Of a DNA stretch of 64,000 nucleotides, positions 50,838 to 63,203 are shown in pieces. The notes beneath the pieces are model-generated. The model did no database searches and was not told where the DNA came from. It saw nothing but the letters and a program-made list of their open reading frames with translations. The stretch's first letter is position 1. Each line of letters begins with the position of its first letter. The stretch covers positions 3,688,201 to 3,752,200 of the forward strand of contig NC_092679.1 in NCBI RefSeq assembly GCF_964355755.1, read 5' to 3'. A program made the translations under genes and the position numbers. Origin of the DNA: Antedon mediterranea (taxonomy: Eukaryota; Animalia; Echinodermata).

Positions 50838-52169
50838 TTAGGCCTACTCTAGATCTGTCTTGGTATCTAGTTTAACTGGGTTTGAGTTCAGTGCCTTGGC
50901 ATGACTCTACCAAACCAATATTTCACAGAAAGAAAAACATTTTTTTTTTAAAGCACATGATTCAATCTTTCTTCCTTTTTGGACTTTTTTTGTGGAATAC
51001 ACTTTTATTTTGACATATCCAGTACACAAATTTAGGCCTATAATTAAACACATGATTTAATCTTTTATAACTTCTTGCTTTTTGGACTTTTTTTTGTGGA
51101 ATACACTTTTACGTTGACATACACAATTTTAGGCCTATATCAAAATTATTGCATTACGTGTAATTAAGTAATATTCTAGTTTCTTTTTAACCCGTATGTT
51201 GACAATACATAACTATTATTGGTAAATGAACTCGTGTTTAAACATGACATTCATATGCTTATCACGACTAATTAAAATTAAATATTTCAGTTGAATCCGG
51301 AAGAAAGTGAAAACAGTCGTTTAGCTCAGAATAATAACAATCAAACTATAAATGTGTTTTTGATAATCGATTTGCAACTTTAGGCCTAAGATGTCAGTTA
51401 TGTTATGTGATTTCATGTTTCAGTTTTTTTAAGTTCAATAACTTTAAGTAAGTCTAGTTAAATTACTGGTTATCATCAATATTAGAGAATTCAACTTCAA
51501 CTTTATTAACTTATCTTTTGTTAATTTTGTAGACCCGTTTGAATATACTTTGAAAAATAAATTGATTTATTTAATATTATATAATATTATTATATAATCT
51601 ATTCTGTATTACATATAATTAATAATAGGCCTGATATACATATATGAACTGGTATGCTTCTACCATAATACACAGTATTGATTGCCTATAATTTTACAAC
51701 TCAACCAAATCTTTATTAGATTTGATATTGAATCTACTAAGTAATAAGTTAAATAACAGCATGTTAATCGTTGATAACTGCTGTTCAACGTATATTAAAT
51801 AAGATTTTAATGTGTCAATAGGATTAGAGATAAATATGAATTAATTCGACTGATTTCCAGCCTATTGCTAAACTGATCAAGTACCAAGGGTGTAAACGAC
51901 CTCGATACCGTTAGTACCAACTTAACAAAAAACATAGGAAGTGCTCAATAAGGGATTTCTCTGGGGAGATCTATAGACCTTTAACTCACTGGCAAATGTT
52001 ATAACACGAACCAAAAACATGCTGATTTTCTTAATTATGTTAGAATAAGATATAAGTAACTGTTTATAAAACTCATCATGTGGACATTTTCCACATTAAT
52101 TTAAAAAAAAAGAAATCATATATCCGGCAATTCCAAACTTATAAATACAAGAAAAAGACTCGCGTATAA

Positions 52170-52295
52170 AACAAAAAAGTGTGATGTATATGGTAGTAAT
52201 ATGCTTAAATATGGTAGTGATATGACATCATCACGTCCATATATGGGCACATCACATTTTGTTGTCACATAAAGTTTAATAGTGTAGACGGGGCT
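52170..52295. mobile_element. MITE family A partial copy
   Basis: Interior plus right TIR followed by TTA. Confidence 0.75.
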
Positions 52296-54160
52296 TTAGA
52301 TCATTATGTTTGCAGACTCAAATACTTCGCTTACTTAAGTTTACGCGTAAACGTACTGTCGAGTATGGCGTACCGAATGTGACATACATTTTTTGCAAAC
52401 ATCATTTGAATCATTATGAAATCCTCGTTATACCAAATCTGTCGATAAAAGATAAAGTAAAGGACTTACTCACTGACGAAATTGTGTCCCATGGGATCAA
52501 ATGTTTCCTTATTATTCTAACACATATTTATATTAATATGTTTATTTGAAACATTCGTTGAGAAATCAATCTAAGTGGGTGGACAATATATAGATCGGAC
52601 AAAAATTGCATGAATTCAAGAAAGTAAAAAACGATAATATAAGATTTAATTAATTATGATCCATGATCATACTAATTGGTGACATTTTTAATTTCACTGT
52701 CACTAAAAAATAACTTGAATAATTTTAGTTTCCATAAATTTTATGCATTACTACTGCAAGTGCGTCAAAATATTCCACCCGATTTTCTGTATCATAGACA
52801 ATGTGTAATGCAGTGTTGCATACTGTATGTATCACATGTGATACCTGTATTATGTTAAGCTCTATGATACGTTGTCAATTGTTGCACATATGTGACACTG
52901 TATCACAGTACAGTACATCGTCAACCTTTATATTGTATTGGGGGTTGTTATGGAAATTTTCTTTGTTAGCCTCATAACGTCCCTTTGCAGTCGAACTCTT
53001 CTGCCATTTATTGAAATGCTCGGTTACAGTCTGTTATACTGTACACATTATAGATACAGTAGAGAGAATCCGGTAAATATGTCAACACTGTTTTACAACA
53101 GAGAACGAAATTTATATGATATACGTATGACTATAAAACTAAAAACAAGAATGATATTCCTTATGCATATTTCGAATATGAATATTGGTTGCACGCGAAG
53201 AAATTGAAATTAGTTTGAAATGTAGTCCCATAACCAATACCACTCAAAAATAAATTAATTATGTCAATATTATTAATAATAAATTATTCGTTAGAAAGAA
53301 AATGACAGAATTGACAATATCATGAGACTGGTGGTGGAGAGGCAGACCAGCACCAAAAGTATATTATCATTATAATGATGCATATTGCAACGTAATAACA
53401 ACTTAAATCAAAATTAATTTACATTGAATGCATTACAGCTGCATGCTATACATGTCAAACGTGATTTAAGGACAGACCGCTGGACTGACAGTCATGGCTG
53501 TGTCTAAAACGTTTTTACACTAAAAAATATTGATGCGTAAAAAATAAAATTTACAAATCTGTACCGATATTCATTCGGTTATGGATGAATACAAGTTTAA
53601 AAAGCAATCCTAACTATGAACAAATTATTTTAACTTCAAAAGTAACTTCCCTACCAGATAATTTGGAACAAATATGTGTTCCTCTTCTCGTTTATCGGTT
53701 GCGTGCGCCTCTTCATCGATGAAGTTCTCCTCTCTCACTAGACTTTAGCCACACTTAACCATCCAATAAACTTTCTAATTCAAGATTGTAACATATTCTA
53801 TGAATTCCTGGTTCAGTAGAACTTTTCTTTCCCCTGGTTTTACACGCTTCAGCAATCAGCAGTCAGGAAGTTAAAATATGTAATTAATAATATTCTTAGA
53901 AAGTAACTAACAACATTTTTTGAGCAGTGGATTGCAACGAATGAAATTCACAGTTGAATGCATTTCTAGTAGGTGCGGTAATAACCAATAGACCATCATG
54001 ATTTGTCTGATTCTATTTATACTAAAAACATCATTATGATATACAGTAGCTTCACAAGATCGTTAAACTCCAATTGAATAATGATCATGACATTTGCATT
54101 TGTACAAAAGTTTAAAAGCAAACATTTTCGGAAAGTTTTTTATGTGAATTAGGAATGTTA

Positions 54161-54290
54161 AAGCTCTGTCTTTACACTATCAAATTTTATGCAAAACAAA
54201 AAGTGATGTTGCCATATATGAACATGATGATATCATATCACTACCAAATTTAGGCATTATCACTACCATATTTGGGCACGTTACACTTTC
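54161..54290. mobile_element. MITE family A partial copy
   Basis: Left TIR plus interior. Confidence 0.75.
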
Positions 54291-54446
54291 TTTACTTTTT
54301 GCTTTTCACGATCATATTGAAAGAAAGCTATAAAATTATATACAGATACAGATCTTTTATTGTCATACAAACCAAGATAGTACAGTATGAAATTTGTCTT
54401 CTTGTTGCGAAAAAGTATAATATGCGAAAAAGTATATATATATAAT

Positions 54447-54566
54447 TTATCTGTATTTTATTGTTAACCGTTTTTGATGTTGTATTGTTTTATGTTTCAA
54501 ACCTGTTAGTGGCGGTATTTATCGCTGTTGGTTTTGATTGAATAAAATAAAATAAAAATAAAATAA
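54447..54566 (+). mobile_element. Second copy of the short retroposon at 28531
   Basis: Apparently identical sequence with (AAATA)n tail. Confidence 0.75.
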
Positions 54567-56340
54567 ACGCAATTAGTAGAAAAAAATTTACAACACTTGC
54601 AAAATTCCAAAATTGTCCCAACAATATATAACAATATAGAAATTAGTTTAAAGTAATAAAAACTAACGAAAAAATAATCTGCATGGAATGCATGGCCTAC
54701 ACTATTGCACGCTAATTTAATACATGTTCAACCTGATTTTGACCGGAGACATTTTGTCCGTTCACAGAATCTTTCTTTTCTATATGATATATCTTAGTTT
54801 TGGAGATCTCGATATCTTGTCTATTTTCACGTGTCAATTTGTAAAATGTACCTAGTATATGTAAGTATATTTTATCATTTTTTGAATTAAATTAAATATG
54901 ATTTTTATGTCAAAGCAATTTAACTGGCTGTCAAAGATTATGATATAAGTCTACTCATTTTCTAATCTAGAATTAGTAATTTATGATTCAACTTTATTTA
55001 ACCCAATTTCCACAAAGAATGTACAGAGATAAAATAGGGATATAAAACATGTTCAACATAATCACTATCCTGAAATAATATTAAGATCATAAAGTCCTAT
55101 ATGTGGGAAGATTCTGTTTATTTTCTTATACATATACAGGTGGATCACGTGTTATTCAGTAATTCACGGTGTATACATTACGCCCCCTCTTAGAACAATG
55201 GAATCGTCTGTTGAAGATTCAACCAATCAGAACACAGATAGTTTTGCAGATAATTATTTGTCAAATTCATCAAGCGGACATAGGCTTGTCCTGCTAGGCC
55301 TAGATGATTTTATTGATTATTTTAATAAAGTATTGTTTATGTAAGAACCTCAAACAGGTTACAACCAGGCAATCAATTACTGTCTGGTCACAGAAAGTAT
55401 GTTTATACATTTAGGCCTAGTCCCCACGCTTATTAAGTACATCCCTTTCAGGCATAAATGTGACGATTACTACTAGGCCTAGTCAAATTGATCTATCTGA
55501 GCCTACCTACCTGGATTAAATAAAGGGACATAGGCCTACTTATGAATACAAGAAAGAGTGTATGGGGTAAAATATGATAGTATTGTTAGTCCTCAGCCAA
55601 TTAATTTTACCAAGGTATGGGAGTTTGGTAGTGGTAGTACTATACTGTGTTCAAATCCCTGGTCAGTCTCTTTCGATCTGCCCATTCTGTGACTAGTGAT
55701 TCAATTTGATTTGTGCTGAACATCTTGTAACGAAACAGAAATATCATTTGAAAAATAACTGATTATACTTTTATTTTGTCATTATACTTGAAGAGTGTTG
55801 TTCAAATCAAACATTATATTAATTTAATTATTATAAAAAATAAGTAAAATTCAACTTTTCTTGTTATAACACTGGCCAAAAATTGAGATTAAAAATAAAT
55901 GTTTTTTTTATAGCACCAATTCTAACTAAGTATGAATAGCTATGACAATCTAGTTGTAATGGCTCTTTGCTATCGTTATTAAGTATTGTTGATATGGGTA
56001 ACAACCAGGGAAGAGTTAAATTGTAATTTAACTCTTCCCTGGTAACAACTGTATTGTTATGCTAGAAGTACTGTACCCATATTCTTTTTATTTTTTCTAC
56101 CATTTATCAACTGAAGTTAATATTACCTTACAGTAATTAACGCGCTACCTAGTACCTCTCATAATTGTAACATTATTGTGAGTGTTAATTTCAAACAACA
56201 GTATTGTAAACATTATATTTTTTTTATTATTTAGTATTTGTGACAAGACATATTAATAAGTGTTACATTTAAAGACTGTTTATTGCTTGCTGGTAAGAAG
56301 ATCACATGATTTCGGCGATCATCTAGTGTGATTTGTTGTC

Positions 56341-59156
56341 TTATAAGAATTTCACAAAATGTTCATTAAAAGATGTCTTCTTAGAATGTTCAACAAGGAG
56401 TCTAAAAAACAAAAAAATATAAAGGATTAGGTTTTTTTTACACCTTACTAGGGGGACAAATGAAGTCCCAATCGGGAATGACTCGGGCACACCTGGGACT
56501 GACTCAGGGTTCAATTAGACAGAACACTGATAACTGACGAGGGTGTATCCTAATAATAATGCATTGGTAATATGTAATAAGCTTAATTTGGAATTTTATT
56601 TGTTTTTAGTCACTTACTTGATCACTGTTTGTTGTAAGCTATTAAATTTAGACGAGCACCCTGTAATATTTAAACTTGGCAGTTCTTTTCCATTAACAAA
56701 TATTATAACGTATAGTTTAATCAGCTCTCCTCTTTTCATCTTATCAGATATTATTTGATCTGCTGGAGTTAACCTGTTCAAAAAGAGATATGAAGAACAA
56801 CGGAAGTTAAGTAAAAGTTACTTGGAATAATTGGTAGAAAAATATAAGAAAAATAGAAGAAAGATTGGATACTTACACGTTAACTGGCACCGTTTCTAAG
56901 TTAAGTTTACCCTGTAAGTCCATTAAAGCACATTGGGCTAATTTAGAGCCTAGTTTAGCTGTAAATACAAAGATATTAATATTAGGTATATTCAACTGGG
57001 ATGTTTTGAGCAGATAATCAGCAGAGATATATCTCTTCAAATTCTTTGCTATAAATGTGAGCATTAGAGGTGACCTGTACGCCTACTCTATTGTAGTTTT
57101 ATATATGTATTTAGGTGCAGGTTTCATTGGCACATTTTGATTTGATGTGTAGTTAATATTGGTACATAGGGGACTCTTTTATAATGGTAGCTCCTTTATA
57201 CACCACCCCATGAAGGTCAGAGGTTATAGGAATCCTTAGTTATGTAATACTATAGTGTCAACTTCCTTACTTTTCATCGTTAGTCGAGTTAATGTGTTCG
57301 CAATTTCCTGAGAACATAAAAATAAAATTATTTTAACCAATTAATAACAAATTACACCAAGAATAAAACAATTATTTGTTTCTATATATATTCTATATAT
57401 TTGTTTTGATAGCTATTAATTGGAAAGACAGTTTAAATAAAAGATATAATACAGCTTAAGGTTCAATTTCAGTATTCAAGTAAAATCTCACCTCTGTACT
57501 TAACACTTGTAGGTTATAGAGGGCACTGTTTGCAACAGTAACCCAATCGGTTACCTCTACCGAATCTAGATGAATTGCATTTTCTTTACAAAATTCAACA
57601 ACTTTTAATTTCTGGGGAAATTCAGTGTCTGCTGTATCTATGGTTGATCCATTCTACGGAAAAACAAAATTTAAGATTATTCAATTTATTTAAATCTTAG
57701 ATAAATTTTAATTTTTAAATAATTACATTATTATTATTATTATTTACATTTATTTACCCAGGGTAGCCCAAACAGTTAAGAACTGGTTTCCATTGGGGCC
57801 CTGCATTTTACGTACAAAAGCAATAGCACAAAGTTAATGATGTTTGTATTACAATAAAAATATGGAAAAAAAAAAATATTTAAAAAATCAATAAATATAC
57901 AACAATAACTTCGGATAGAATTACAATTTGAGGGCAACGTAGCTCCTCTCATTTTGAACACAGTAAGGTCTTAATTGTACTTAATGCATTGAATCATACA
58001 AATTAGATTTTAAAACATTTACAGACATATATTTGCCCCACTTACACAAAAACTCGTGAGGTAACTTTCCTTTTTCGCAAAAGTGACCTTCAACTTCATA
58101 GTTGTTGACTGCCTCGTTTCACGAGTTTGAGGTAATGGAGTGAATAGGTTTGTCATGCCTGGGGGTGCCAAATTGTTGAGACATTTAAAAACCAGTATGG
58201 CTTTTTTATATGTGACTCTTTCGGAAAATGGGAGCCAGTTCAATTTTGAATACATATCAGATGATGGGGTAAGAAAATCACCTTTTAATATTATTCTAGC
58301 TGCTCTTTTCATACATACATACGGTATGACATCTTTAATGAAGGAATAATGTTATGATATTTTGACGACTTAAGTCGTTTATGGGTGTTCTATAGTAACT
58401 CCAGTATTTGTCTCACCTGAAAAGCCAAATAGGCATCTTCAAAGTTTCTTAAACACAAGTGTGACATACCTTTCCAATAATATCCTTTGAACAAATTAGA
58501 AACATTAAAAAAAAATGGTGGACTTTTTACATCTGTCTACACTATCAAACTTTGTGACAAAAAAGTGATGTGCCCATATATATGGACATATGATGATGAT
58601 GTCATAAATCAATACCATATTTGGGCACATCACACTTTTTTTGTCAAAATAGTTTGATAGTGTAGACAGAGCTTAAGAGAGTGAAACTGTAAAAACATAG
58701 CTTTTGTACAATGAAAATGTTGGTAATAGATGAATGAATCTATTGATGTACCCTTTTTCCATTGTGAATCCATATCTATTGCAAATTTTGAACATTCTAA
58801 CGCCTCATTATACTCTTTCAGTTTTGTGTGAACATTTGCCAAGTTACTATAAATAGCAGCAGCAGGTTGACCTTTGACACTGTTTAAGAAAAAAGTTAAA
58901 AAAAATTATTATTGATACAATCATAGTCAATATAGTTACTCAACGAGTAAAATGAATAGTTTAAAATGTTGCGGCCTCTATTTTACAGTGGTGTTTGTTC
59001 GTTTTTAGCATGAATCCAATCAATAACCTACCCAAGTTTGAGCGCTTTTGTGTAGTACTCTACCGCCTTTCCGTATTCTTTCATTTTGAAGGCTTCATTG
59101 CCTGCTTTTTTACATTCAAGCACCTTGTCTACATTATTATTGTCTGCTGATGTCAT
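56341..59156 (-). CDS. TPR-repeat protein (3 N-terminal TPRs of co-chaperone type); 3' exon structure uncertain
   Basis: KKAGNEAFKMKEYGKAVEYYTKAL / AAIYSNLANVHTKLKEYNEALECSKFAIDMDSQWKKG / YYWKGMSHLCLRNFEDAYLAFQ over exons ~59156-59032, 58879-58752, 58484-58417. Further candidate exons down to a stop at 56341 include one phase mismatch near 57270-57490. Confidence 0.7.
57725..58312 (-). mobile_element. 5'-truncated CR1/L2(Crack)-type LINE 3' end
   Basis: ORF KRAARIIL...LNWLPFSERVTYKKAILVFKCLNNLAP is typical of the post-RT region; AATAAA plus (AAT)n tail. Confidence 0.82.
58530..58673. mobile_element. MITE family A copy
   Basis: Both TIRs; right flank TAA. Confidence 0.85.
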
Positions 59157-59914
59157 TTTTCTTTTAATCTGGAAATATATGAAATAAAAAGAATTTATTA
59201 CTTTTTTTAAACATTTTATTTTTAGTTGAATGTAGGCATTATTATACAACTCAAAATGGTCAGTCTGAGTATTGGTGGGACCCTGGGGCCCTGTGCAGAT
59301 GACGGACCTACCACCCATGCTAGCCTCTAGATAGGGCCTTCCTAGCAAGTGCCAAGGCCTACTACTTCAGAATAGGGCTAGGCAGGATGGACGGCAGGCT
59401 ATCTAGATAGGCCTACCTAGGCCTAGGCCTAGCTAGGCCCTAGGTATATTAAAAATAAAATAGACTGGCCTGCTGCTAGCTAGCTAAAGTAAGTAGAATG
59501 GGCTAGATAGGACGTCTCTAGCAGAGGCTGTGCCTAGTAAGATAAATCCTTAATTACGTACAAATTGTATTAAGAAAAGAACATTCTTACATTATTAAAA
59601 AAAACGCAAAACAAATCTGATAATTTTTTTTTTTCTTCAGAACAGCTGAGTTCTCCAATGTTATTGTCTATTCAACCAACTACCGTACCCAGATAACCAT
59701 TATTTTGTAAATTATTACATAGCCTCTATATGTACGGGGCAGTGCAAATATCTTTAAGGTTTATTAACTGATAGAGGGCGTCAAACACTTGGAGTAAACA
59801 AAAAAAATAAAAACAAGGGGCTGGGTCGCAAAATCTCTTTCCTGGAAGTTGTAAATTTAATTTATAGTAGGCCTAGCCTAGTGAAGAAAACGGTGGTAAA
59901 TGACTTCATGAACA

Positions 59915-62900
59915 ATGTATTCGGAATGGGCTTCTTTGCAGGCTACCATTGAAAACGAATCAAATTATAAAAGTGTTTTACACAGCTACTCAGCAGGCGT
60001 AGGCCGAGATGTTGCCGTGTCCGTTGTACGACAGCTCGCCGATCGACTGTCTATCAATGCGGCTTCGAAGCATGACCCCCTGCCTAGCAATCTTGAAACC
60101 GAAAAACAAATTGAATGGACGATGGAGGTAAGTTTTTCTGTTATACTTGTGACAGTTTAATGAAACATGTAGTTGCAGGCCTTAATAATAATAGGCTAGA
60201 TTTAATTAAATATAAAATATTACAATTTATTGTATATATTATTTATTATTATTAATATTAATATTATATATTCACAGGTGCCTAGTATTACTATTTGTAA
60301 TTGATGAGTAATTGATTAATTTTGTTTACCAACAGGTTATTTGTTTCGGGCTCAGCCTTCCTCTCATTGAAAATGAAACAATCCGAGACTGCGTGAACAT
60401 TTACGTTGAATGGCTCACTGCCCTCACAGTCCCAAAACCCTCCGTGCCACCCTGTATTGTAAACGATCCAAACCCATATGTGCAAAAGATCTTTCGACAT
60501 TTTGTTAATCTTTTTAAACCGCGCGACAGAGGTAAGTCTAGAATTATATTGGAAATATTCTTTTTTTCAAACCAATAATTAGAAAACTAACCTTGACAGT
60601 TTCGCTGTCCTGATCGGACAGCTTCTTCAGAAATAATGACTGTCAAGGTTAGTTTTCTAATTATTGGTTTGAAAAAAAGAATATTTCCAATATACTTATA
60701 CCTACAAACCAGATGAACATTTTCAATTAAGTCTAGAATTGTTTAACAAATTCCCAATTTAATTTTAATACTAAATAGTGCTCTAAACAAAATAAAATGT
60801 GATTCTTTTCATTTTTACCATACTGAAACTGTGCCTGTGTTTTTAAACACAGCCAAAGATTATGTAAAGGTTGATACCATTATTCTTTAGGGGATTCCAG
60901 CAAGCAGATTGTGTTGTGTCATCGAGTTTTAAGGACTGTTCAAACAACTGCAAAACAGAGTGGAAAATTCACAAGACAAACGTGGGAAATTCTGCTACAA
61001 TTTCTACTCACTGTCAACGAGACGATACTGTCGCCACCGATAGTAGCAGGTAGGAACGTTGGAGTCATTTTCATGCGAAGTGATCCATGAAGATACTCTA
61101 TAGGTCAGCCAATTCACCAAAACTTGAACAAACTTTGTACAAAATATTAATAATAAAATACTTTGTTTTTATAGGAAGTTTATCCGAGCAATTGTGTGAT
61201 CGTCTACTTAGTGTTCTATTTGAGCTCTGGCTTTTGGCGTGTACAAGATGTTTCCCGTCACCATCTCTCTGGCGTACCTTCCGTGAATACTGCGTAGCAT
61301 GGCGTCATCACACTGCATTAGTGGAGCAGTGGAACCGGGTCAACCAAGTATTAACATCGCATTTGCTAAAAATACTTTATGGTCCAAACTTCCCAGAACT
61401 TAAAATTAGTAAGAATTCTATTATTTTTTTAAACAATAATTTTATTACTGTAGTTTATAAGAGATAATTAGAGATATGGATATAAATGATAAAGGTATTT
61501 AAAGCCCCATTCCCTACGTTTTTTAGATCTAATTTAAGATCACAAACTATATTTAATGTAAAAATAATACTATATGGTCCTATTGCGATAACTTTTTCGT
61601 CTTTAAACGGTTAAAAATGTGAAAAATAAATTGATTCTAATAATTATAGCGGCCCGCTATAAATCCCAAAATGCATTCCGCGCGGATTGATATTTTTGTT
61701 TTTCACCTGTAATTCGCCCACTTTTCGATCGATCGTGAAGCCAAAACAAATGGAAGACTCCTAACTTTTCAGCGAAAATACCGGGTTTTCCCCAATTTGT
61801 ATCAACGGAGTCTGGCAAAAATAGAAAGACAATTAATGCAGCAACTATACAACGTCAGGCTAGGTATATAGCTAGCGTACGATGTTCGTACGTTATCGAT
61901 GTTTACCAGCTAGGCCTACAAAATTAAGCCTAGCTAGGCTAGGCCTAAGACCGTCCACGAGAGGTCGATTGCCGCGAGCTAGTGCATTGTTTCTCACTTT
62001 TTATCATAATTTACCATAAAACGTACATTTAAGACAAGGAATGACATGGTTTAATGTTTTTAAAGTGATATATATGTATTATTTTCCGAAAAACGTCCAA
62101 AATTGCAGGGAAGGGGTCTTTAATCTAGTCCTCAAGCTTAACCAGATCACAACCATGTCCAACAATGCTTAACATCGGTAATCTAATGAAAGGCGGTGTT
62201 TCAGCTCTGTATGGTTAGTAAATGGCATTCTGTCTTTAATAAAAAGTGAAGCCCTCAATCATTTCAGATGAGGAAGATGCTTTGATAGTACCAACAGACA
62301 TGGACAACGCTTGCATCGCTCAGACTTGGTTCAGATTTCTGCACATCTTATCCAATCCAGTCGACCTTTGCAAGCCTAAAGTGGTTAGCCAAACACCTAT
62401 GTTTATCCAAGCAGCATTTAACAGTGAGGAGGTTATTGATCCAAATCAACACCCGTGTCTAAGTGCTTTGCCGAAAAACTTTCTGCTCGCAATGAGAGGC
62501 ATTGCAAATCTTTCCGATGCTTTTATTGGTGAGACCTAATAACTTCATTACTTTTTTAAACATTTAGTAAAACTTTAAAAAAAAATGTTATACTGTACAA
62601 AATATTTAAAGATTGGTAAAACTATAATTGTATTTTTGTATGTATTTTATTCTATTTAAAAAAAATGATATTTCTCTTTTGGATAAATAGATTAATGAAA
62701 ATGAAAAATGTGTATGACCCAGGGAAGAACAACCATGAGTTGATCGTGGCCCCATGGATAAATAAAGTTGGATTTTATTGTATTCATAATAATACTTCAT
62801 AACTTTAAATGTGTATATGACTGTAAGTTGTTGTTTTGGTATTTCATAGGTGAGGCTGATAGAGGTGTACCTGGGGATATGAACTCACAGAACAAGACCC

Positions 62901-63203
62901 CACCTCCGACATCAAAAGCATCCAAAATAAACCACTCCACTTCAGTGTACCATAAACCCAGCAAATCAGTTACCCCTTCTCCACAGCTAACCCCCACCCC
63001 CGAAGGAGCAAATTTGACCCAATTACTACAGATGGAAAAGCGGTCACAGTGTAATAGTTTACTACACTTGTTTGGTGCATGGCTGTTTGAGGGTGCCGTT
63101 TCTGGATGTAAGTTTCACTCGGTTAAGCATGGTGAAGGGAGTATTGGGGGTAGTAAACCTCGCCGCGTCCATTTTGCTGTCTCATCATCTGAATCACCCC
63201 ATG
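59915..63203 (+). CDS. RALGAPB: Ral GTPase-activating protein subunit beta, 5' exons (continues beyond window)
   Basis: MYSEWASL...SVLHSY..VGRDVA..VVR...WTMEVICFGLSLPL and CFPSPSLWRTFRE..WRHHTALVEQW match the RALGAPB N-terminus. Exons about 59915-60127, 60336-60531, 60890-61048, 61174-61408, 62268-62528, 62850-63203. Confidence 0.95.
60591..60632 (-). ncRNA. Minimal hammerhead ribozyme motif inside a 56-bp inverted repeat (Penelope-like remnant)
   Basis: Minus strand reads CTGAAGA-A-GCTGTCC GATCA GGACAGC-GAA-A CTG T-C. Confidence 0.75.
61503..62119. mobile_element. TTAA-flanked non-autonomous DNA transposon (Kolobok-like), about 620 bp
   Basis: TTAA-AGCCCCATTCCCTAC ... GCAGGGAAGGGGTCT-TTAA. 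Confidence 0.8.
62124..62222 (-). mobile_element. 5S rRNA-derived short retroposon (SINE3-like)
   Basis: Minus strand ACCATACAGAGCTGAAACACCGCCTTTCATTAGATTACCGATGTTAAGCATTGTTGGACATGGTT resembles the 5' two-thirds of eukaryotic 5S rRNA, followed by GTTAAGCTTGAGGAC. Confidence 0.68.

Noticed and set aside
57270-57655. Frameshift or pseudogenisation of the TPR gene
   Set aside because: The phase mismatch could equally reflect a wrong splice-site choice by eye; not decidable here.
62124-62222. Functional 5S rRNA gene
   Set aside because: Diverged, lacks the 3' third and ends in a retroposon tail.
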